Below, one piece after another: positions 41,165 through 50,747 of a stretch of 64,000 bases of DNA. How positions within the stretch are numbered: position 1 is the first letter of the stretch; every line of letters starts with the position of its first letter. The translations under genes and the position numbers were made by a program. The notes under the pieces are model-generated. The model searched no databases. It was given only the letters and a program-made list of their open reading frames with translations, and was not told where the DNA came from. The stretch comes from a virus (taxonomy: Duplodnaviria; Caudoviricetes), in the IMG/VR virus record IMGVR_UViG_3300043447_000395, positions 40,090-104,089 of that record. One strand, 5' to 3'.

Positions 41165-41193
41165 AAAAAAGGGATTTTTTTTTAAATCCCTTT
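41165..41193 (-). terminator. Intrinsic terminator
   Basis: GGGATTT-loop-AAATCCC with a T6 tail on the minus strand, after the glutaredoxin stop. Confidence 0.75.
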
Positions 41194-41196
41194 CAA

Positions 41197-41466
41197 TTAA
41201 ATGTACATTTTGATTTTTTCGATTAAATCATCTCTGTCTTTGTAGTCTCTTTCAGGTACAAAGATTGGTCCCTCGTCTCCTCCGGCAATACTGATATACA
41301 CACTTGGGAGTGAATTATAACCTGTTTGTTTAACCACTGAATTCCAAATTTTTTTATTAGACTCAACTTCAATTTCAGTAAAAGTTATGTTTAAATTTTT
41401 TAATTCTTTTTTTAAATCAACACAATGACTGCAACCATTTAATGTGAACACAATAATCTCGTTCAT
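41197..41466 (-). CDS. Glutaredoxin-like protein
   Basis: CSHC motif, SLP cis-Pro loop, 89 aa. Confidence 0.8.
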   Translation of the reverse strand: MNEIIVFTLNGCSHCVDLKKELKNLNITFTEIEVESNKKIWNSVVKQTGYNSLPSVYISIAGGDEGPIFVPERDYKDRDDLIEKIKMYI

Positions 41467-41467
41467 A

Positions 41468-41773
41468 TTATAATTTATTTAGAACTTCTTTATAATGATT
41501 ATCGGATTGTACTCCTTGTGTTCTATCAACTAATTTATCACCATTAAAAATCATAACGGTTGGAACTGAACGAATTCCCATATCTAAAGATGTGTCCATA
41601 TTCTCATCAACATCAATTTTGATAAATTTAACGTCAGGATATTCCTTCTCAATTTGTTCCAATCTTGGGATTAGGGTCTTACAAGGTCCACACCATTTAG
41701 CCCAAAAATCAACTACCAATTTATTTCCTTGTGATTGTAATTCTTTAAATCTTTCTGTTGTTACGTTTTCCAT
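41468..41773 (-). CDS. trxA: Thioredoxin
   Basis: DFWAKWCGPCK, IRSVPT. Confidence 0.92.
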   Translation of the reverse strand: MENVTTERFKELQSQGNKLVVDFWAKWCGPCKTLIPRLEQIEKEYPDVKFIKIDVDENMDTSLDMGIRSVPTVMIFNGDKLVDRTQGVQSDNHYKEVLNKL

Positions 41774-41776
41774 TTT

Positions 41777-42847
41777 TTAAAATCCTATTTTACTTCCGTT
41801 ATTTGTTGACTTGATTAAATCGACGTCTATATTATATATATCTGCTAAACACATTGATTCCTCCACAATTTGATTTTTACCCAAATGTTTCAACAATTTA
41901 TTGGTCTCGTTAACTGATAATTTCTCAAACTTATGTTCCGCGATTAACCGACCTTTTCTAAGGAGTGCTTTATCTATTTTTTCTCTCTTCATGTTGAAGG
42001 TTGCAACTATTTGAATACTTAAACAATCGCCCAAAATTCCATCAGTTAGATTGAGGATATTTGAAACACCCGCCGGTGACCCATTACCTTCTCTATCGGA
42101 AATTACACGTTCAGCATCTTCAATAATTAAAATACTATTTTTGTGATCCATCAAGAATGGTATGATAGATGGTTCTGACAACATTTCCGCCATTGACGGT
42201 GGGATGAATAGAATATCTTTGTCTTTAACTAACGATGTTAGATGTTTAATATATGAAGTTTTACCAGTACCAGGGTCACCGTGAAGTAAGATGATTCCTT
42301 TACCATTATTTTCATTTAATTTTTTAACAATGGTTTCATGCACTTTAGCGAACTCAGAACCGTAATTCAATTCTAAATCCATTGGGGGAGCGATTAAATC
42401 GTATTCTTCAGTGTCTAAATGACCCATGTCAGATTTAACCAAATTAATGTTTGATTTCTTTTTCTTTCTCTCGTAAGTTTTTAATTTTTCAAAATCAAGT
42501 TGTTCGGTAATGTCACCATTTTTAATATCATATGCAAAATCGATTTGAACCAAGTTGTCTTTGGTTTTATCAATATTACCGAATACTCTAACTAATATTT
42601 TTTTATCGACATTCTCATAAAGTGATTGTGACGACAAATCAAACCTTCTGTTTGATGAAAAAATATTAATCACTTCCACAAACCCAATTGATTTGAAATA
42701 ATCAATCACGGAGAAATCGTAATAAATCACATTAATGTGCTTGGAAGGTAATTGGTCGAATTTAATTACATAATATTGTTCGGTTGGTATCTCGGTACCA
42801 TAGACAGTATCATAAATTGGATAATATTCCGGTATGTTTTTGCTCAT
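41777..42847 (-). CDS. AAA+ ATPase
   Basis: GDPGTGKT Walker A, IIEDAE Walker B, ILNLTDG, ALLRKGRL. Confidence 0.88.
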   Translation of the reverse strand: MSKNIPEYYPIYDTVYGTEIPTEQYYVIKFDQLPSKHINVIYYDFSVIDYFKSIGFVEVINIFSSNRRFDLSSQSLYENVDKKILVRVFGNIDKTKDNLVQIDFAYDIKNGDITEQLDFEKLKTYERKKKKSNINLVKSDMGHLDTEEYDLIAPPMDLELNYGSEFAKVHETIVKKLNENNGKGIILLHGDPGTGKTSYIKHLTSLVKDKDILFIPPSMAEMLSEPSIIPFLMDHKNSILIIEDAERVISDREGNGSPAGVSNILNLTDGILGDCLSIQIVATFNMKREKIDKALLRKGRLIAEHKFEKLSVNETNKLLKHLGKNQIVEESMCLADIYNIDVDLIKSTNNGSKIGF

Positions 42848-42851
42848 AAAA

Positions 42852-42859
42852 CAAAAATA
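42852..42859 (-). promoter_or_regulatory. Bacteroidota-type -7 box TAnnTTTG (TATTTTTG)
   Basis: Matches the Bacteroidota sigma consensus; 4 nt upstream of ATG 42847. Confidence 0.4.
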
Positions 42860-42883
42860 GGTTAAATAATTAACTTAATAAAC

Positions 42884-43204
42884 TTAGTTTAGACAAATTT
42901 TACCAAAACCTCTGTAGTCTACGAAAATATTTTTTTCGGGGTCTGGCGTTTCTTCTTCCAATTCAGTAATTGACTTATCAACAATAGAAATTGCTTTCAT
43001 TGTTTTTCGTAATAAGTCAAATTGGTCTTTGTTTAACATTGGTTCACCAAGTTGATTGAAATTCTTTTGTGCGATTTCAGTTAGATGGTCAAAAAACTTT
43101 TCTTCATCTACACCATGAAGAAAATATATTCTCGCCTCATCATTTTTCTTGAGGTAATTCTTGACAGTTTGTAAATAGGTTAATACTTCAGGCGATAAAT
43201 CCAT
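42884..43204 (-). CDS. Hypothetical protein
   Basis: 106-aa ORF in operon. Confidence 0.65.
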   Translation of the reverse strand: MDLSPEVLTYLQTVKNYLKKNDEARIYFLHGVDEEKFFDHLTEIAQKNFNQLGEPMLNKDQFDLLRKTMKAISIVDKSITELEEETPDPEKNIFVDYRGFGKICLN

Positions 43205-43729
43205 CTATATTTTTTCAATTTGATTTAAAGTTAATGAAACTGCGGTGTTTCGACCAAATATTTTAATTTCAATATCAACTTTATCTCCTTTAATATCAGA
43301 TATAACTCCATCAAAACTTGCAAACGGACCCTCAATTACTTTAATCACTTCACCTTTGATATATTTTAATCTTTTTGACTCAACGTGATTTTCTAACGTA
43401 TCATCTTTTAAAATTCTTTTGATATCTGATTCTCTAAGAAGAACCGGTGTTCTATCTCCGCCCATACCCATAATGTTTGGTAAACCCGTTAAACTTTTTA
43501 ACTCCTCTTCGTTCAATCTTTTACCACATTCAAAATATAGATATCCACTATATAGAACTTTATCTCTTAAAACTTTTTTATTCTTAACAGAAACAAACTC
43601 TTTCTCCAATGGACAAATAAATCTATTAATGTTTTTAATTTTTCCAAGTGAAATCTCTTTGTTGAATTGTTCGGTTAATGATCTCTCCTTTCCTGGTAAT
43701 ACCTTTACCACATACCAATTTGTTTCCAT
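43205..43729 (-). CDS. nusG: Transcription termination/antitermination factor NusG
   Basis: WYVVKV.PGKE NGN domain; KOW VKVIEGPFASFDG...IFGRNT. Confidence 0.9.
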   Translation of the reverse strand: METNWYVVKVLPGKERSLTEQFNKEISLGKIKNINRFICPLEKEFVSVKNKKVLRDKVLYSGYLYFECGKRLNEEELKSLTGLPNIMGMGGDRTPVLLRESDIKRILKDDTLENHVESKRLKYIKGEVIKVIEGPFASFDGVISDIKGDKVDIEIKIFGRNTAVSLTLNQIEKI

Positions 43730-43747
43730 AGAATTTTAAAATAAATA

Positions 43748-44590
43748 TTAATAATTCATTATGAGAAGTTCAATCCCCTCATTCTGAGTACCGTCTTTTT
43801 TGGCTGCGGCCGCCTTTTTATAAGCTTTTTCTTTCCAAACATAAGTTTCTCTCGGAAACCATTCTGATAGTTGTGGAAAATCATAATATGACAAACCAAA
43901 TTTCCCTTGCATATTTTGTAAACAAGTTGCCAATCTTTGGTGTGTTTCTATTGTAAAGATGTGATTTGAATAGTAGTTCTCCGTTTTATAATACGGTGGA
44001 TCCATATAGAAATATGTAGTTGGTGAATCGTATTTTTCAACAACCTCTTGGAAATCCATATTTTCAACAAAAGTAATTTTGTCTAAATGTTCTCTGTATT
44101 TTGGATGTTTTAATTTATCCATAAAGATTAACACTTTACATCTGTACTTACCTTTGTAATCCATGTATGAAGCAGTTTCAGGTTTTGATCCTGAGAATAC
44201 TTGTGTTAATACGTAAACATACTTACAAGCAATTTCTAAACTATTCTCATCTGTGATAACTAAATTGTCATTGAATACTTCAGTTTGATATTCGTTAAAC
44301 ATCACCGCAAATTCGGGTGGTGTGTCAACTACACCCAATTGTTGACATGGGTAGTGTGACAATGCTTCATGTAAAACGTCATACTGTTTAGCCCACTTCA
44401 TTAAGTTGGCGTTTAAACCATTATAGTCATTATAGACCACCGTCTTAAGATTAGGGTATTTCTCTAGGTCCATATTAAAAAAGACCCAAAACATACCTGA
44501 GAATCCCTCCACATAGGTTTCAATGTCATTAGGGATTTGAGGTGCAATCCACTTACCAATTCTAGCTTTACCGCCGATGTAACTTATCAT
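43748..44590 (-). CDS. dam: DNA adenine methyltransferase (D12/Dam class)
   Basis: YIGGK, VYND, FYMDPPY. Confidence 0.8.
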   Translation of the reverse strand: MISYIGGKARIGKWIAPQIPNDIETYVEGFSGMFWVFFNMDLEKYPNLKTVVYNDYNGLNANLMKWAKQYDVLHEALSHYPCQQLGVVDTPPEFAVMFNEYQTEVFNDNLVITDENSLEIACKYVYVLTQVFSGSKPETASYMDYKGKYRCKVLIFMDKLKHPKYREHLDKITFVENMDFQEVVEKYDSPTTYFYMDPPYYKTENYYSNHIFTIETHQRLATCLQNMQGKFGLSYYDFPQLSEWFPRETYVWKEKAYKKAAAAKKDGTQNEGIELLIMNY

Positions 44591-44667
44591 TTCAATTTAA
44601 ATTATGTACATTAAAAAATATAGAGAATAAAATTGAAAAAAAGAAATTAATAGTATATATTTTATAT

Positions 44668-44820
44668 ATGAGTTGTACAAGTTGTAAAGAAAAAAAGGAC
44701 ATTAGGGAAGAACTTATGAAGACAACCAAAATTGTCAGTAAAAGTGTCATTTGGTTTATAGTGATATGGACAATACTTGGTATTTACGGTTTGGTTACCT
44801 TAATTTCTAAGATTTTATGA
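44668..44820 (+). CDS. Small membrane protein with N-terminal CxxC (missed by ORF track)
   Basis: MSCTSCKEKK...VIWFIVIWTILGIYGLVTLISKIL, 50 aa; ATGA overlap with 44817. Confidence 0.6.
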   Translation: MSCTSCKEKKDIREELMKTTKIVSKSVIWFIVIWTILGIYGLVTLISKIL

Positions 44821-45455
44821 AAAACGGGAAATATTTTATAGTACTGTTCTGTAATAAAAAAAGAATCAAAGTCCTTTATAAATGCATGAAGAGGACAACT
44901 ATTACCGAATATTGGCACGAGTTCAAAACTGAAAAACAACCGCCATTTCTAAAAGTCCAAGGTGGTAAACGAAAACAAGAACAAGTGTTTGAACTTGCAT
45001 TGATATTTCCCAACAACAGATGGGCCACAAAAACTTGGGTTAAGGATAGTTTAGGTAGAAACCAAGAGGCTAAAATTGAAGACGACAAATTTCGTATAAA
45101 AGAAATTATACCTTATTGGAAAGAGGAATTAATTTACGATTTCCAAATCAAAAAAAGAATACGTTTCCATGAGATGATGGAAAAGATACTACCTATTAAA
45201 GAAATTGCACAGGTTTTTATTTTGAATAATAAATTATTCGTACAAGTTGAAAATGATGTGAAATTGTATGGTAATAAAAATCGAGAGGATGCCAATCGAT
45301 TATTTGAAATTGTCAGAGAAGAACTGACCAAAAAGAAAAGAGGTAATTTTATTTTTGTTAAGGATGTAACAACACATCAAAGAAAACTATTGTATGATTT
45401 TTTGGTAAGTAAGGGGTTTAATAGACGAGAACTCTTTAGACATTACTCTTACTAA
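44817..45455 (+). CDS. Hypothetical basic protein
   Basis: 212-aa Lys/Arg-rich ORF. Confidence 0.65.
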   Translation: MKNGKYFIVLFCNKKRIKVLYKCMKRTTITEYWHEFKTEKQPPFLKVQGGKRKQEQVFELALIFPNNRWATKTWVKDSLGRNQEAKIEDDKFRIKEIIPYWKEELIYDFQIKKRIRFHEMMEKILPIKEIAQVFILNNKLFVQVENDVKLYGNKNREDANRLFEIVREELTKKKRGNFIFVKDVTTHQRKLLYDFLVSKGFNRRELFRHYSY

Positions 45456-45675
45456 AAACAAAATCCACCATACCTATTGTAATTGTGAACTTATCTTTAG
45501 GTCTTTCCATTTTACTTCCGTATTTTTTTTGAATTGTTAAATAAACGTTTTCGAATTCTTGGTTATTCAATTCAACGATAACCGTCGATGATAATGAGTT
45601 CACATTTGCGTTTTCAAGCAAGTCTGAGATAATTGCCAATTGATTTAAAATCTCACCTTTTTTTTCCATAACCAA
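45436..45675 (-). CDS. Hypothetical protein
   Basis: 79-aa ORF in operon. Confidence 0.55.
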   Translation of the reverse strand: MVMEKKGEILNQLAIISDLLENANVNSLSSTVIVELNNQEFENVYLTIQKKYGSKMERPKDKFTITIGMVDFVFSKSNV

Positions 45676-45847
45676 ATATCCTACTTATTTTATCGAACAC
45701 AGTAACCTTATTTTCTTTGAATAAATCTTCTTTATTTATTCTTTTTATTTCGTTTATCATCTGATTCTTGTGGTTCTGTATCTCCATCTTGTCCTTCTCC
45801 ATCTCCTTGTTCAATATCTCCAAGGCTTGGTGTATCCTCTTGTCCAT
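45653..45847 (-). CDS. Hypothetical coiled-coil protein
   Basis: 64-aa ORF overlapping the 3' end of the upstream gene. Confidence 0.5.
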   Translation of the reverse strand: MDKRIHQALEILNKEMEKDKMEIQNHKNQMINEIKRINKEDLFKENKVTVFDKISRIFGYGKKR

Positions 45848-46208
45848 AGTTATCCGTTAAATTAATTTCTTTTAGTCTATCTAAAGATTCTTTCTTAAAC
45901 AACTCTTGTAATTGTTTAACTTTCTCGTTGAACAATTTTTGTTTCTCTTCTTCTTCGATATTATATTTAAATACCTCATTTGCGCAAGCGAATACAACAT
46001 CGTATCCTTCTTGTGTTGCATTTGCAATTAAGGAAACTAAATTAAACTTATCGTTTTTATCTTGTACTTTAAGTGTTATGGTACGATATGGTTTTACAAT
46101 CTCATCGTATCTCCACGTCAATGGTAATTTAATATCTAAACTAACATTATTTTGTACCTCTCTTAAAGAGTGGAAATGGGGTCTTAACGATTTTATATTT
46201 TCAAACAC
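45732..46208 (-). CDS. Hypothetical protein
   Basis: 158-aa ORF, GTG start. Confidence 0.6.
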   Translation of the reverse strand: MFENIKSLRPHFHSLREVQNNVSLDIKLPLTWRYDEIVKPYRTITLKVQDKNDKFNLVSLIANATQEGYDVVFACANEVFKYNIEEEEKQKLFNEKVKQLQELFKKESLDRLKEINLTDNYGQEDTPSLGDIEQGDGEGQDGDTEPQESDDKRNKKNK

Positions 46209-46212
46209 AGTA

Positions 46213-46392
46213 TTAAATTAAAAAGTAGGTTATTATATATGAAAGTGAAAAATAAACAAATACCTTTTCGATAGATGTTACCTCCATAGGTTCAGGATTT
46301 TCTTGTGTGAACTTGATTCCAAATTCAACAATAAATCTAAGTGTGTAAATTATACTCAATACGAAAAGAAAGAGTTTTATTTCGTTAATCAT
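46213..46392 (-). CDS. Small two-TM membrane protein (missed by ORF track)
   Basis: MINEIKLFLFVLSIIYTLRF...VFVYFSLSYIITYFLI, 59 aa. Confidence 0.55.
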   Translation of the reverse strand: MINEIKLFLFVLSIIYTLRFIVEFGIKFTQENPEPMEVTSIEKVFVYFSLSYIITYFLI

Positions 46393-46564
46393 GTTTTTTC
46401 ATTTCTTCTAAAATATCCTTACGGTATACTGCAATAAGGAGTTTAATTTCTTGTGCGTATTTACGAGCTCGTATTGAAGCACTTCGATTTCCCTTATCGT
46501 AGACCTTTTGAGTATCGACCGACATCTTCTCAACAAGATCTTTAATCTTCTTTAGGGTTTCCAT
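46385..46564 (-). CDS. Histone H1-like (Hc1 family) nucleoid protein (missed by ORF track)
   Basis: METLKKIKDLVEKMSVDTQKVYDKGNRSASIRARKYAQEIKLLIAVYRKDILEEMKKHD; KGN.SA..RARK signature. Confidence 0.7.
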   Translation of the reverse strand: METLKKIKDLVEKMSVDTQKVYDKGNRSASIRARKYAQEIKLLIAVYRKDILEEMKKHD

Positions 46565-46602
46565 AATATTCTTGTTTTTAATACGAATATACGGAAAAAA
46601 AT

Positions 46603-47058
46603 CTAGTTTTTCAAGTTTTGATTCAATAATCGATAGATTTCCGTTAAAATATCCAGTTCAGACCTGGTTTTACGGTGTTTGAAGTCGAATACTCTATAGA
46701 AGTACTCATTGATTCTTATAGAGTTACCATCAATTTTAGTGAAGTAATATGCTTCAAGGAAGAAATTCCAAAAATATTCCATGTGTGGTCCTGTTTCCTT
46801 GAAAAATATCTTTTCCTTATTAAAATTTTCAATTGTTTTATTCCAGCACCAAATAAAATGATTGTGTTGTTCAGATTCAGTCTTTATAACATCTTCACCT
46901 AAGTATGTACTATCTATTAGTTCATATAGTGATATAAGAAAATCGTAGAATAAATTGGTTTTATCGTGCGATATATTATACGCACGATACCAAATATCTA
47001 ACTGATGTTTATAATTTTCAGATGAGATAAACTCCAAATAACTTTCTTTGTTTTCCAT
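46603..47058 (-). CDS. Hypothetical protein
   Basis: 151-aa aromatic-rich ORF. Confidence 0.65.
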   Translation of the reverse strand: MENKESYLEFISSENYKHQLDIWYRAYNISHDKTNLFYDFLISLYELIDSTYLGEDVIKTESEQHNHFIWCWNKTIENFNKEKIFFKETGPHMEYFWNFFLEAYYFTKIDGNSIRINEYFYRVFDFKHRKTRSELDILTEIYRLLNQNLKN

Positions 47059-47105
47059 AGCCTAATATGTTATAATATAAGGATAAATGAAAATAAAAAG
47101 AAGAA

Positions 47106-48965
47106 TTATTGAGTTTTTTTATTGTATGAAGAAAGAGTTTTCATTTTGTTAATTTCTTCTAAAAGAACATTGTTAAATGAAACTTTTGATTCGTTTGTTG
47201 GAACCGCCTCTTTCTTATAAAGAACTCTTTCGTCTTTATCTTTTTTTCTATCCTTCATTTGTTTTTCAATCTTCTTACCTGTTTCAGGTGTTGGGATTGA
47301 ATTACCGTCTTTATCTTTAGAAACCTCACCAAGTTCTGAACCGTTTGTTGGTTTCACATCTGTTTTATCTGTTGTTGGAGCATTACCCATAAGTCTATCT
47401 CCTTCGATTGCCATCTTCAATCTTGATTTGAATTTCTCATCTGGTTCATTATCGTAATCCAAATTTTGTAATCCCGCAAAATTCTTAGCAACTTCTTCGT
47501 CTTGTTCTTTTGAATTCTTTCTAGCAACTTTCTCACCTTTACCAATTGCATGTGGGAATTCAGGTTTATCATTACCTTCAACATCGATGTGATTTTTATT
47601 CACATCTTTCATCATTGCATCGATACCTTCTTTATTTTGTTTACCACTTTCTTTGTGTGCCTTTTTATATGTTTCTAAACCTGGAATTGATTCATTTACC
47701 ATCTTAGCAATCATCTCAGTTAATTCAGATTCGGTAACTCTAATTGTTCTTTTCTTTTTAGTTTCAGACACCATACCACCTGAACATTCATTACACATAC
47801 CTTCTTCATTTAACATACCACCACACTCAGAACACATTTCTTTACCTTCTTCAATTTCATATTCTTCTTCGTCTTCGTCATCTTCAAAACCTTCCTCATC
47901 GCCACTTGCAGATTGGAACACATCAAACAAGTCGTATCCGTATGTTTCTTTAAGTTCATCGATTAATTCTTCTTCGTCATCTTCACTGATATCACCATTC
48001 TCAATTGCATCTTGTACAATGTAACTAATTACGTTGTCAGCATATTCAAACTCATCTGAGAACGTAGATGGTTCATGTTCCATCATTGCTGACCTACTAT
48101 ATTTTTTCCATATTGAGTAAACGTCGTTTTCACCACTTTCACTTTCTTCTTCATCAATCTCACCTTCTTTTTTCTTTTTCAATAACATTCTAAAATCGTT
48201 TGCAGTTATCTTACCGTCTTTGTCAACATCGATTTTATCTTGATTACCATGTAATTCTTCTTCCATATTGGCAGAACATTCTTGACATTCCTCTTCTTCG
48301 TTCTTTTGACCCTTTAAGATTTTAAAATCTTGAGCATCAATCTTACCGTTATGATTTTTATCAAGTTTGGATTGGTTTCCAACTAATTTTTCGTTCATGT
48401 CAATATTTTTCATGTCTTCTGTTTCTTTTTTCTTTTTTAATAAGTGAGGTGCACATTCTTTTGCTAATTGTACAAGTATATGTTTTACTGTATCTCCACC
48501 TCTATCATAATCCCACTCGTAATCCGATGAATCAAGTTTAAACATCATTTCATAATGTTCTTGTTCGTCAATTTTACCTATTTCTAACCACTTGTCTAAT
48601 TTATTTTTAATTTCTTCAATTATATCATCATGATGTTCGTGAGCATCTTCTCTATCAAACCATTCATTCATTTGAGTATCGTCAGTTTCTTCTAATTGGT
48701 CATTCATTTCGTCAAGTTTGTCTAACATATCGTCTTGTGATTCGTAAACACCTTTTTCAATGATTAATTCACCTTTATGTTTTGCTTTATAATGAGGTAA
48801 GTTTTCTTCAGCTTCAGCTTCAGTATCAAACGTAGCTAAAGGAATACCCTCACATTTGATGTGGTATACCTCTTTCTTGTTCTCTTTAGATTCTTTTAAT
48901 ATTGTACGTCTAACTTCTTCAGCCACTACGTTATCAATAATCTTGTTGATTTCACTTATCTTCAT
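47106..48965 (-). CDS. Large acidic protein with two EF-hand-like loops and CxxC motifs (possible prohead core/internal head protein)
   Basis: LDKNHNGKIDAQDF, IDVDKDGKITANDF, CSECGG..CNEC, many (I/L/M)-x-E sites. Confidence 0.5.
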   Translation of the reverse strand: MKISEINKIIDNVVAEEVRRTILKESKENKKEVYHIKCEGIPLATFDTEAEAEENLPHYKAKHKGELIIEKGVYESQDDMLDKLDEMNDQLEETDDTQMNEWFDREDAHEHHDDIIEEIKNKLDKWLEIGKIDEQEHYEMMFKLDSSDYEWDYDRGGDTVKHILVQLAKECAPHLLKKKKETEDMKNIDMNEKLVGNQSKLDKNHNGKIDAQDFKILKGQKNEEEECQECSANMEEELHGNQDKIDVDKDGKITANDFRMLLKKKKEGEIDEEESESGENDVYSIWKKYSRSAMMEHEPSTFSDEFEYADNVISYIVQDAIENGDISEDDEEELIDELKETYGYDLFDVFQSASGDEEGFEDDEDEEEYEIEEGKEMCSECGGMLNEEGMCNECSGGMVSETKKKRTIRVTESELTEMIAKMVNESIPGLETYKKAHKESGKQNKEGIDAMMKDVNKNHIDVEGNDKPEFPHAIGKGEKVARKNSKEQDEEVAKNFAGLQNLDYDNEPDEKFKSRLKMAIEGDRLMGNAPTTDKTDVKPTNGSELGEVSKDKDGNSIPTPETGKKIEKQMKDRKKDKDERVLYKKEAVPTNESKVSFNNVLLEEINKMKTLSSYNKKTQ

Positions 48966-48967
48966 AA

Positions 48968-49972
48968 TTAAATAAATATCTTGTTAATCTCATTTAATAC
49001 TATATTTTCCATCTCACTATATGGAATTCCGTATTTTTCTGAGGTTTCTTTGATTGCATTCATCAAATCTTTATCCTCATGTATGAATTCCAACGCTCCA
49101 ATACCTTGGTTACAGTATGGGAATTTTTTACATTTGTCTTTTACCTTAACATAAACAGCTTTAGGGCCACCAAATCTTGGCCATTTCTTATCCTTAACCG
49201 CCCTGTTTTTATAAATTGTATCTGTACCTCCTATCTTCAATGGACTTTTTCTTCCTTTTGGTGTTTTACCAAATGCAGGAACGTCAAACTCACCGGTACT
49301 TAGTATTTCTTCTTGTAATTTCTTTTTTGATACACTAAATAATGGGGCTTCAAATGATCCTGAAGAACCAGAATCCATTTCTTTAGTTTCAACCTTTTTT
49401 AATTTGATGTAGTATTTTGGGTCTTCCCATAAATGGTCTAACGCAATCTCTTTAGCGGTTTTCTTATCATCGGTATGTTCTTCCTCCTCAACTTCAATTC
49501 CAATATCTAATTGTACTTTAAGTAAGTCGACGTCTATTTTATGTTTTTTAGCAACATCTTGAATTGTTTTACCGTCAGATAAACCACCTTTTAATTTTTC
49601 AGACTCGTCAATATTATCTTTTTTAGTTAAATCGACTACCCATATTTTAGGGTCAACTCCGTTTTTAATTAAACCTGATAATCTTGTATTTCCACCCAAT
49701 AAATCGTAATCATTCTCACTAAATTTAACAGCAATAGGTATTTCTACCACCCCTCTTTCAAACGCCTTCTCAAATCTCTTCTTCTTGCCGTCATCTAAAC
49801 TATCGTAATCTAAATCGGTATTACCTAACACTTCTTTAATCTTACTGTATGGGGTTATCGTATAGTTATTTGAAGCAGTATCTAACCAACCATCCTTACC
49901 CATCTTCTCGAATTCACGATAACGAAGGGCTTCCATCCACTCTTCTTTAAAATTTGGTTTCGTATACTTCAT
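48968..49972 (-). CDS. Mosaic hypothetical protein (ParB-like N-terminal part, DUF5661-like middle)
   Basis: PIAV...LLGGNTRL; GIEVE..EHT....A.EIALDHL.EDP.YY.KL. Confidence 0.5.
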   Translation of the reverse strand: MKYTKPNFKEEWMEALRYREFEKMGKDGWLDTASNNYTITPYSKIKEVLGNTDLDYDSLDDGKKKRFEKAFERGVVEIPIAVKFSENDYDLLGGNTRLSGLIKNGVDPKIWVVDLTKKDNIDESEKLKGGLSDGKTIQDVAKKHKIDVDLLKVQLDIGIEVEEEEHTDDKKTAKEIALDHLWEDPKYYIKLKKVETKEMDSGSSGSFEAPLFSVSKKKLQEEILSTGEFDVPAFGKTPKGRKSPLKIGGTDTIYKNRAVKDKKWPRFGGPKAVYVKVKDKCKKFPYCNQGIGALEFIHEDKDLMNAIKETSEKYGIPYSEMENIVLNEINKIFI

Positions 49973-50217
49973 TATCTTACGCTTTTAAGTGCACTCTCCC
50001 AAAATCCCTTTCTTTGCCATAGGGTTTTGAATAGTTCAACAACAACCTTAGTCGATAAATCAACAATTTTATCATCAATTTTCTTAGTTCCTAATTCATC
50101 TTGAATCATTTTAACAACCATTCTGGTTGCTTGAGTGGAACTCATAAAATCACGAATTTCTTTCTTCGCTATGTTTTCAATATCCTTCTTATCTTGAGAT
50201 GTAAGTGATGATGCCAT
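49972..50217 (-). CDS. Hypothetical protein
   Basis: 81-aa ORF in operon. Confidence 0.6.
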   Translation of the reverse strand: MASSLTSQDKKDIENIAKKEIRDFMSSTQATRMVVKMIQDELGTKKIDDKIVDLSTKVVVELFKTLWQRKGFWESALKSVR

Positions 50218-50219
50218 TG

Positions 50220-50747
50220 TTAGTTATGATTTCTTTGTGTAATTAACGGTTCTAATTCCGTCTTATATGTTTCTTCAAACTTAGATAGTTTAGTTAACGT
50301 ATTTGCGATGTTTTGTTCAAGTTTTAACATGTCAGCGTTGATATAAACACCCGCTTCTTCGCCTGCAATGAAAACAAAATTCACACCTTCGTCTGTTAAT
50401 TTACCATCTAATCTAATCTGATTTTGATTAATAGTAAAGCCAGGTTCAAAATCAACAATTTGGGATACTTGTTGTCTAAAAGAATCAATCAATTTAGAAA
50501 TCATTTCTTTTTGGTCATCTTTTAATTCCATATCTCTCTCATCTGTTGATAAAAGTTTAACGTCAACGTTGTTAATAACCATTACGTCATCTTTTACGTT
50601 ACCTTCAGGTTGATTCATGTCCAAACCTGTTTGGTCCATTTCTTCCTCATTAATTGATTTCTTGTGTGATACTGATTCAGTTAAGGTTCTTATGGTTCTT
50701 AACATGTTTTTAGTCACATCATATTGATTTTTCATTTTCATTTGCAT
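50220..50747 (-). CDS. Hypothetical protein
   Basis: 175-aa ORF; TATTTATA at 50790-50797 upstream. Confidence 0.6.
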   Translation of the reverse strand: MQMKMKNQYDVTKNMLRTIRTLTESVSHKKSINEEEMDQTGLDMNQPEGNVKDDVMVINNVDVKLLSTDERDMELKDDQKEMISKLIDSFRQQVSQIVDFEPGFTINQNQIRLDGKLTDEGVNFVFIAGEEAGVYINADMLKLEQNIANTLTKLSKFEETYKTELEPLITQRNHN

